Positions 12,114 through 22,123 of a DNA stretch of 29,770 nucleotides are shown in pieces. Position 1 is the first letter of the stretch; every line of letters starts with the position of its first letter. The position numbers and the translations under genes are program-made. Source of the DNA: Toensbergia leucococca (Eukaryota); assembly GCA_022813965.1 (NCBI GenBank), contig JALDZS010000087.1, positions 62,001-91,770 on the forward strand, given 5' to 3'. A model generated the notes under the pieces. It worked only from the letters and a program-made list of their open reading frames with translations, searched no databases and was not told where the DNA came from.

Positions 12114-12405
12114 CTATTCATCCGCTACTATTGCTAGACGTGTGTCTATATATGCCCTCGATAAATGATATGCGAACTCAGTATTTCCGGCATGATGCTA
12201 CGCGTCGTGTTAGTCCACTACTCTTTTTTGCCATGAGCTAAAGAAAGTATAGTACCAGGTAGATCACTACCCAATCGAGTCCGCTGATGGGTGTGAACTC
12301 CATAAGTAAGCCGAGCCTCGCAATCGCCGCGGTGCTGATTCTTCGCAAGCTATCCTTCAAGTCCGTCTGAAACATATTGTCCTTGAAGAATTCCGCGATT
12401 TCCAT
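12114..12405 (-). CDS. Putative small (77 aa) two-exon orphan protein, not in the ORF track
   Basis: TATATA at 12464-12469, a pyrimidine-rich leader and ATG 12405. Exon 12405-12256 MEIAEFFKDNMFQTDLKDSLRRISTAAIARLGLLMEFTPISGLDWVVIYL, intron 12198-12255 (gtacta..actaac..tag), exon 12197-12114 HHAGNTEFAYHLSRAYIDTRLAIVADE*. Confidence 0.4.
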
Positions 12406-13899
12406 CCTCTAATAGCCTCCGAGTGGAATGGATGCTTCAGACGGAGAAGAGTGTGCGGATTGATATATAGAGTACGTATAGCATCATCCCTGTTCAATAC
12501 TGATTGGAACAAAAGAGGCCAAAACTCAAATGTTTCATGGAGAATGTCTGACCTGGCGAGATCCTATATTACTAACGCATTCTAGAGACCTGTCTCGCTA
12601 AGAGCTTTTGACGCATTGAGTAACCTAGGTCGAGGAGTGACACGGATATCAACGATGTTCATGTGTACTGATAAAATCAGAGTAGATTTTCTCGACCAAA
12701 GAAGCAGGAAATCCGAAAGTTAGGCACAAAATATGGAAGAATGTTGAGACAGAGCCGAAAGTGTTGCATAATCTCTGATGTCGGAGACAGATGACTACTT
12801 GGCTGAAACAGCTGTGAATTTCTCAAACTCTAGGCTCTGTCCCATCAGGAGAGCTAGAGGGCACAATCTTGAGAGGGATAAGGGTGTGTAGTCAGTCTCG
12901 TTCAGTACAGATAGCCATCGTAAGCTCTCACCTCGGATGGAGTGTACGGAGTCATACTTGTCGGTGATTCGGACGACCCCCAGATGGAGGTTGAGCTCAA
13001 GTTGCGGGAATACACGTCCTGATGTGAAATGCTGAATGTGAGAGAATACTTTCGAAGGCGTCCGGAGAGACTGAAAGTAATGATAGTTTTAGTGAGTAAA
13101 GCACGCAAAAGTGTGAGAATGCCTGATTGTACTGGGAGAAGGCAATGCTCTTTGCTAGAAAAGGGGGTGTTGATGTGCCGTTGATACCCATGTCTCTGAA
13201 GAGTTGAGAGGAACGTCGTAACCATTAGACTCAGTAGAGTAAGTGGCGGGTGTGTTGTTGGATATTTATCTAAAATATATACAAAAAGAAGACGCTCCTA
13301 CCATCTGCGAGAGATATATCAGTAAAGAAGATAGAAAATGCAAGAGTATAAGATGAATGTCTCGTTGATTAGCTGAACATAGAAGCAGGGGAAAAAATAG
13401 CTGATGTTCTAGAGCAAACAAACATCTGATGGACTGCACAGGACGTCTGCATAAGGATCAATTTCCTGTTTTCTTTCTTCAGAAATGAGGAAATACCTAG
13501 TTGAGAAAGAGAGTGAACTTTCAAAGAACGTGAATCTTTGCATGCAATAGACGAAACTTGCAGTCTCCAAAAGCGTTGCTTGTCCCTCACCAAGCACAGT
13601 ACAGATATTCCACCACATTCAACCCAACATCCCTACCCTAACCCCTCAATAAAAAAAACATCCAATCTACCAGCAACAACCCCAATGCTCCCTCCCAGAA
13701 TGCTTACAAAAACCTCGCATCCGCAGCAAAAGAACTGTGCCAAACAACGGCCATTCTCTTCACCGGTTTTTCATGCCTGAAAGGATTGATTCAACAAGAC
13801 AGACACTGACAGAAGGTGTTGTTCAGCAGGATGAAGTCTCAGGTATCAAGAAAGAAAAAACCAAAACCCAGACTTCCCGCGCCGAGAAAAGCAGATGAG

Positions 13900-13915
13900 C
13901 ATGAGCTCACGAAAC
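13900..13915. repeat. 16-nt direct repeat, copy 1 (catgagctcacgaaac)
   Basis: Identical to 14855-14870. On the minus strand it reads GTTTC|GTGAGCTCATG, which contains a 5' splice-site-like GTGAGC. Confidence 0.85.
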
Positions 13916-14854
13916 CCAATTGTCCATTGACGGAATCAAGACAGAGATGGTGCTCGGCGGGCTATGTTCCCCGGGATCGTTAAAAAGAGTAGTACCAAAA
14001 CCCAGGTTTGTTCCAGTTTTGAGGAAGCACCTACCTATAATATCAATCCAGAAAGGGGAAAACCAGAAAGACATACATCCGATCAGTGATGATTTCGTTC
14101 TAGCCCGCTTCCCAAGTACCGGAAAAGTTCTTTCGATGGTCTCTCTTGTATCAAAAGACAGCCAGGCTATCATCTAGAGCGTAAATAAGCCCAAAAAAAA
14201 AGGAGGCACATCCTTGTAAATCAACCTCTGAATTCATCATCAACTAAAAGCAGCGAGTCCAGGAATTTCGTTAAGATGTGAACATCTCTGCTACAATAAT
14301 GCAGGTATTGCTTTCTTTTTGAGAGCTGAGTTGTGCGTCCTAGAATGGAGATTATGGTGCTCAGGATTATGGAAACAGGCTAAACATTCTAAACAAAGTG
14401 TTCCGGATAGGGAAAGCTTTCTTTCACAAGCTTGCCACTGTCGAAGAAGCACAAACAAAATCCTCTTGCTTCAAAAGACTCGTTGGAGAAACATATGAGA
14501 CGAACAAAAAAAAAAGACGAAACAAATTCCACAATCGATTCAATTTGAAAAACAGCCAAGCGTCTCGAGGAAAACACACCTCTAGTACTTTTCCGATCCT
14601 GCTTCACTATTCAGAAACAGAGGTACACCGCGAGCTCCATCCGCCCTGATACTATCTAGCGATATCAGACCTCGCCATACTAATCCTCCAAGAAGACTGA
14701 GAGTAAGCGTAACCGGGACGTGAGGCCTGGAAAATCCTGATAGAGTGAGAAAAATGTCTACGAGAGCGCCACGCTGGAAGAGCGGCATTGGGGGTGAGAA
14801 CATTCAGTCTCAGCGGTGATGGAAGGGTTGTATCAGGTTTGGAAAACACATCTA

Positions 14855-14870
14855 CATGAGCTCACGAAAC
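14855..14870. repeat. 16-nt direct repeat, copy 2 (catgagctcacgaaac)
   Basis: Identical to 13900-13915. Confidence 0.85.
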
Positions 14871-17800
14871 GTGCAGTGCGACAGAGTAAATCACGAGGTG
14901 ATAAGGCTGAAGCTTTGGAGTTGGAGAGAAGGCTTTTAGAAGCGGGCAGATAGTTGCAGCATCTATCTCGACTTCGATGTTGGAAAGTGATAGAGAGATG
15001 TTAGAAAAAAAGGAAACCGCAAGTACCGGTTTCCTTCTTGCTTCAACGTTCAAGTCTGATGCTAGCGCATAAGAGACAGGTAGTAAATCAAGGGCTAGAA
15101 GTAGCAGAGTCTCACAGGGCGATTGAAGCCACAGAAAAAGCGTTGAAAAACACCTTCACGCCGAAGTGCTGAATTAGGGGAATAAATCTTGACAACCAGA
15201 TGGAGCTTAGTAAGGACGGATGCACAGACGGACTGAAAATCTTAGCTCAGACTCGCAAGATGAGTTTAACAGATGCAGACTACGACCCTGAAATCCAACC
15301 TCGACCATTCAAAAAGGGAGGGAAAAAAGAAAAGAAACACAGCCACTGACCCTCTTTTTCTCGCCGCCAACCCGCTTTCCACACAAAACCCTAACTCAAC
15401 ACAACCCCAACATTCCTTTGCCTGCCAACGCTCCAACTCCGACCGCTCCAACACAACAGCAGCCGCATCCAGCCTCACTTCCTTCAAACAATCATGTTCC
15501 CGCAGTTCTGCCTTGAAATCCTACCTATCCTCCAAATCTTAGTGAATCCCACCCCCACCTAATTCTCTTGCAACCAACCAACACCCATCCACCGTCTGGT
15601 TTCAACGTTCGTTCGCCTTTGAACGGTAGCAGTCTCATCAGCTCTGACCCGCCCATCCTAGAAGCAGCTCCCCATTCACCTGCAGCCTTCCTATCGCGTT
15701 CGGATCCACCAGCTTTGATTTCTCTCCGATTGCACCGAGATCAAGGACAGCCCCGTAATGCCTTGAATCAGGCCCTAGGCATCGAGGCATCGAGGCAGGT
15801 AACTCATGTGCAACGCATTGATAGGCACACAGATTTGTTAGTGAAGCGGAGATTCAAGTGACCGCTTTTGTATGAAACGGGGATCAGGGTCGCATAAGTC
15901 GTGCAACACAAGGATGGCCACAGATAGCAATTCTTAGTGCTGCGCAAGTCAAAAAGTTTTTGTACGTAAAAGCGGAATCAAAGGCTTGAGACGTCGACGA
16001 TCACAATCATTATTCAGCCTTTAGATGAGCAGGCTCAGGCAACAGCCTCAGGGCCGAAATGGCGACCTAGACGCGGCAGCCTACGGCCAGGCTGGCTCTT
16101 TGGAGAAGGTGGAGATGATGCTTGGCAAGCTCGAGAAACGTGGGAGCTTGGCTGCCGCGTTGGCTGACGGACTACTACAACACATGGCCTGTACCTGTGT
16201 ACCTGCAGGATCATGTTGGTCATGGTATTCTGGGCGTAAGCAGTGTCTAGGCAGAAGTGGTAGGAAGTTGAGAACCCAGGATTCAATTTAAAATTTAAAT
16301 TGGGGACGCGGGAAGATGAGGCTGAAATTGGTCGCTGATTAAGCGACCTGTCCTCCTATCATCATTCAAGGCATTGACATGGATGTTGATCGCATCGGTC
16401 GCAAGCGAAGAAAAGCTCGAAGTCTCTTCCTCCACTTCAGCAAGCCGGCTTGCACTCGGCCCCTCACCTTGTCATCAATTAGGCTGCTGTCAACGTGCTC
16501 AGCCTTTCCGTTTCCTTCTTGTCTGTGACCTCGTAAAAGCCCCGAGTACACATTGCTATAGTGGACCCCCACCACTCCCACCTCGAAAGAAGGCAAATTT
16601 GACGGAAAAGAAAAAAATGATCACGCAATCAGATCCGCATCCATCATCCAATTATACTCAAGTACCACCCTACCAACAGATTGCCTAGAAACAGGGAGAC
16701 CGACGCTTCATAGCTCTGGGCTCCAATCCAGCGGGTCGCGCAGGTGTTTCAGAAGCACACCATGCGCGGCACCCAATCAGTCGACTTTGGACCAAAGCAT
16801 TGTATGCTTAATCATGAACAAGGTTCAGAGGTCATTGCAGCCTCGTGCCAAGATATCTGGCCATGTGGTCATGACAAGAGCGGGGTATGCAGAAAAGACC
16901 GGTCATCATAAGGTATCCTTCAAAGACCTACTGACCGACCGTCTCCGATAGTACGTACGAGGGCGGCACTGGAACAAGGCATCTGTAGGAATGGTATTTG
17001 GATTCGGCACTGTCGAGAAGAGCAGGCAACAGTGTTGAACAAGTGCTCGCCTTGATCTATCCAGGGTATCTCGTGTAGAAGACGCCGTCTCATCATGGCC
17101 ATCAGATTAGCATTGTCTTGGACAAGGCTCATGAGACCGTCTTTACATATAATTCGTCATCGTTGTGGTGCATTCTCTACTCCATCGCTCCGAGTTTGGC
17201 ACCCAAAGGCACCCACATTTTTCCTGCCGCATATTTTCAATCCTCGCCAGTAATTGATGCATTCTCAACATCTGCCTCGCGACACAAGCGGGCCTATTCT
17301 CTGCCCAGAAATGATCTTCAAGGGCCTAGTCTTTCTCCTTTACAGTGCCTTCGATTCACACCCTTTATGTTTTGAAGCGACACTAGGTTTCTATGTCCAT
17401 GGTTCAAAGAATGCGTTTGGTGTACTGATATGAAATAGTGACAAGGCCGGGTTGGCTCGGCAATGAAGAAGGCCTGTAGCAGAAAGTGACATGGTCTGTG
17501 AACTTCCATCTGCAAATGTTGTGACGGGGGAAGACGTGATCTCGATGAGCGATATAAATAAGAAATTCGCTCATGCTGGGAAGTATTGAGTCCCCTTTAG
17601 TAATTGGCTCGGGCTCAGTAGATACCGAATCTTGAGACGCGGATCAGTCTCGGCATCGAGGCTAGGTTGGTGTGCTCAGGACCAGACATAGCAAAGTCCG
17701 TAGGCCGACCGCTTACGCCTGGAGGATTCTTAAGTGATCCGTCATTTCTGTAATCCTCTTCTAACGAGGATGAAGATGCCCTATTGCCTTTTCGTTATCG

Positions 17801-18824
17801 GAGTATTCGACGAGTATGAAGCCATTGATGATGACACGAGCGCCTGGCCAGGCAGCTGACATACCGTGACACCTCTGGGCTTTTGGAGGCAAGGCTGATA
17901 TAATAAGGCGTTTGCTCTATGGTTGAAAACGCGCCAGAGAACGCGTGGATGTCGTACATCGCCTACTCAGTGATCGGACTAGAGACTAATCCCTCAGACT
18001 TGGCATATCATACATGCACTAGATTGCAAGCCCCTCGGCCGCTTGTCGACGTAGCAAGTCGACGACCTGCAAAGTGCATATTGGACTTCATTGACGCACT
18101 TTCCGCTATGTTGAATGTTGCAAGACCACATCGTGGTTAGGGAGACGAAGGAATTTGGCTGAATAAAAGGTTCTCAGGGTAGAAAGTTAAGAAACCAATA
18201 GAACGCCTGCTGAGTTGCCATAAAACGAAAGACATAATTAAGTCATTGCTTCTCAATAGACAACGTAGTACCAGACTCGTATGTCCTTGAATAATGTACA
18301 AGCGGCCAAGGTCTCGTCCGAGGCCCGTCGCACGTATTTACGCTCTACCTGTAGAGCTGAAGTTGAAGAAAAGAGAGTATCTATTGCGTGTATCAGTCAT
18401 AATTTCGTGGTGATTCTTAAAACCAAAACTCAATATGTAATGCCACAAACGCTTCGTCAGATCGTTCCAAAAGGAGAGATCAATTAAAGCAAATTTCCTC
18501 CTTGGAAAGAATTGAAAGTGTTATTCGGTAGGTCACTGTTCAGTCTACTCGTACAGTCTTTGATGTCAGGCTCGTGACAACGCCCTGGGCTCGATTAGCT
18601 GGAGTATAATCACAATGCTGACTTCTGTCACTCACTGAATCCATAGGTCATGTAGGCGTGAGGGCGAAAGCGGTGCCTACACATCAGCATGGTGGTGCTT
18701 CCCCGAACCAGGTTGAGAACAGTTCAATCTCATTGCAGACAGTACCGCTGGAGCTGCTTTACACTTCAACGGACGTTGGGCGGACGAAGATATGCTAGAT
18801 GCTGGGCCACCGCGAAGCGTGATA

Positions 18825-21800
18825 TTATACTTTGGTCGGCTCCTTGTCATCCGATGAATCGAAGGCTTCAATAATTCTTAATTTGTGAGGATCTGAAATC
18901 AAATCTTGCTCGTCTAATTTCTTTGGAAACGACTTGACATGACCTAGATCACCACTTAACCATGACGTTGAATCCGCGTCCTCGGGCTTTGGTAGAGGAT
19001 TTGAATATCTGCCTTGGTCAATGCCGTCATCTGTCATCACTATATCGGTCATTGCGTGTTCAATCTTTCCAAGCTTAGGAGACTTCTTGGTACGTTCTGA
19101 CATTATACTGTGTGACTTCGAGCTCGAATACCCAGTCAAAGCATCTTGTGCCTTGGGGGAGTCAGACGACTTGGACGATATAAGCTTTACTGTATCCTCG
19201 GATTGGTCAACCCCTGACATGACACTATCTTGGTCTCTTTGAGTAGACCCAGTGACAAAGCCATCTTCTGGACTTTGAGACGTGTGAGACATGAATTTGT
19301 CAACGTAAGGCGTAGTCAAAAATGAATTAGACACTTGATCGTACGTTATCCATCGGCTCAACTAGAGCAAATTAGCGCAATCAACAAAAGAGTATTAAAA
19401 GACATACAGAGGCTATTTGAAATGCGAGCCACAAGATTCTCTCGATACGAGGAGCCGTAATGGACGGCAACTCTAAAGATCGCTCTTCATCGTCAATCAT
19501 TGCATCGGTGAACCAAGTATCTGGGAAATAAGATTGACTCCAAATTTGGCCGCGCATAACAAAGTCTTCCGGCAGCGGTCGGCCAAGGCCATCTTCAGGT
19601 TTAGGAAAGTGATCTGCCTTAACTCTTGATGTTATCAACTCCGGCTTCGCTAACGTATTGATGAAGGAGCAGAATTCGGTCCAAGGAATACTCTTTTCAA
19701 CAAACTCCATCGCTTTTTCAACAGTTGTGAGGCTCCAGATGAACACAAATGAGACGTGAATCAGAGGGAAACAGTTCTTGTCATTTGACCGTTGTAGACA
19801 AACATACAAAGTTTTAAAAGTAAGGACCGACGCATGACGAATAGTGTTTAGGGAAGAGGAGAAATCTTGTGGCACTATGTTATCAAAGATCGATCGGTTT
19901 GAGGCAGGAGGAGCAGAATGGACTGCGGTCTCACTCATCTTTAAATTTTCATCTGTCAAAGATTCCGAGCTTGACTTTGGCTTTCGAGCTTCGCCAATCT
20001 TGACCTCTTCAAAAGCAAGACGAAGGATAGATTTTGGCGACCCGTCTTTCTTTACAGCACCATATTCGAAAAGAGAAGAAATGTTCGTTATGGCAGCAAA
20101 GACGCCTTGTTCCTTGAACTTGGCAGTTACCCGTCCAATGTAATCATCGAGTTTTCCATCGAACAATTGTGCATTGACATCATCAAAGTCGTCAATGAAC
20201 CGTCCTGAGAAGAGAATACCATGGAACTTGATGAAGGTGGTCTCTACGGAGGATGATCGATGATAAGCTGATTCCTTGCCGTCCAGTATAGGAGTGAAAA
20301 GTGTCATGATACTACTGCGAGCACTCTCAAAAGGCTGAATGCATATCAAGGCTCTCGTATATAAAGACAATTGCTGGAGTGTGAAAGGACGGGCCAGGAT
20401 GGCGAGATGATGGTGCAGCCGACCAGCACTCGGGTTTTTATCTGCAGCTTTGCTGTACCAAAATCTGGCAACAGCACTCCAGACCTCGCGATCCCGTATG
20501 TCGTTGTCCTCAATGGCCATCCGGTAACGACCTAAGTCACCTAAACACTCAATCCAGGTGTCCTCAAAGGCCGGTACAGTCTCATACAGAAGAGCCATCA
20601 TAGAATATGCGATATAGATGAAGGCTAGCATGTGATCCAAGGATTCTGGCAGTCGGTGTCTCAAGACCTCAAGGAAAGCGTGGATTCCATGTCGCCACAT
20701 CCTTGCTGGCATGGAGTACTTGGCTGCAAGTTTACTCAAAGCTGGACTCGCCGATGGATGCTGAGATGCCAAGAAGAAGTCATGGTGTTCATGCAACAAA
20801 GTCTTATGCAACCCTATGAGAGCTTGCCATTGCTCGTTACTTAGCTTGTTTCTCCGAGATAGGTCTTTCTCTTGAGCTGCAATTGATTGCTTCTCATCGA
20901 CATCAATACATTTAGCCTCTACCATGACCAACCCGGCATAAATACCTTTCACCTCTACAACAAGTTGATCGTGGGATATGGGCCTAGTCTCTGGCTGTAG
21001 GATCATTTTAGGCTCCGGCTCCGACTCTGATGTATCTTCAGCTTTGACAGGGGTAGATGCCGAGTCCTCCTCCAGTGGATGTTCCCGATCCGATCCGCCA
21101 AGCTGGGACGAAGGTTTCTTGATAATCTTGGGTCGCGGCTGAGCAGAGAGATCCGGAACAATATTTAAAGCTGATTGAGAGTCTTCTGTATCATTATAGA
21201 ATTCCTTTTTAGATCGGAAAACATGAGCCCTAGAATCATATACACGACGAGTGCTCACTGCCTTTTCCTGACGCCCACTTCTTCGAGGGAGTGAGTTGGA
21301 GGTAGGGTTGTCGTTTTCAGGGTCAAAAAGCCTCCTCATGGTTCCATGGGGACGTATAAGATCAGACTCTCCGACATGAGGGGCTTTACGATCGAAATCC
21401 GGATCTTTACTTACAAAAGATGCTCCGGAAAGAGCCTTTGTACGACGACTTCTGGGGGACATGTATCCATTATGGGCATCTACAGAAGGCTCTCGCTTCA
21501 GAGGATTGTATGGAGGAGAAGCGGTCCGTTGTTCATTTGCCGAATTTCCGACTGGCTGTTGTGGTTCTTGGGCAATAGAAAGCTTCTCCAAATCACCGAT
21601 TCGCTTCTCTGGATGTTGCATCAGACTCAGACTTGGGGCAGAAACCGTTCTACTAGATGGAGACGGCGACCTGTTATCTTCCCCTAAATTGAGCTTCATG
21701 CTATCACTAGATGAACGTTTCGATGTAGCTTCGATGTAAGGGGTGACTCTGCGAGTGACCTTTTGCCTACATACAATGACACATCAGCATTTCCCATGGA

Positions 21801-22123
21801 CTATGATGCATAGAACAGCCTTCGCTGGTAGAAATATTGGGGGTGGCAAATGCTAGACAAGAAATGCCGCATTGACACGTAATAACGTACGCTCTATCCA
21901 TCGCGTTAATGCGGAGCCGCTTTCGAGCATCGGCCTCGTCCGAGGGATCGAGGTGGCCAACCAAGTCTTGGTGTTGGGCCTTTGCGTGTTGCCATAGTTT
22001 GAGTTCCTGGGTAAATCTGTTGTCGCTGTCGGTGCAGAACGGACACACATAGCCCTTGGCAGACTGCCGCTGGAAATCCTGGAACTGTCTAGCCAAGGGA
22101 TGAGGCTTGCTAGAATTGCTCAT
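18825..22123 (-). CDS. Est1/SMG5-7-type (TPR/14-3-3-like) DNA/RNA-binding domain protein with an N-terminal C2H2-like finger, ~1042 aa, 3 exons
   Basis: Exons 22123-21891, 21766-19408 and 19361-18825 (introns gtacgt..gctgat..tag and gtatgt..gctaat..tag) total 3129 nt in frame. The core WIECLGDLGRYRMAIE, ARFWYSKAADKNPSAGRLHHHLAILA and RPLPEDFVMRG match Est1/SMG6/7-like signatures (LGDLxRY; Y..A....P..G..xxxLA.L; LPED). Exon 1 has CPFC-x15-HAKAQH. No PIN domain is visible. Confidence 0.85.

Noticed and set aside
13891..13915. Hammerhead-like cagatgagc..cgaaac on the plus strand
   Set aside because: It lacks the required CUGANGA, and stem II does not abut GAAA.
14086..14160. Box C-like GTGATGA as a possible C/D snoRNA
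   Set aside because: No box D (CTGA) or terminal stem at a suitable distance.
15590..15650. Hammerhead-like CUGAUGAG...GAAAC on the minus strand
   Set aside because: The core motifs are present but no stem I can be formed in either the type I or type III topology.
15029..16521. 12-nt repeat gtttccttcttg at 15029-15040 and 16510-16521
   Set aside because: About one 12-mer match is expected by chance in a region of this size.
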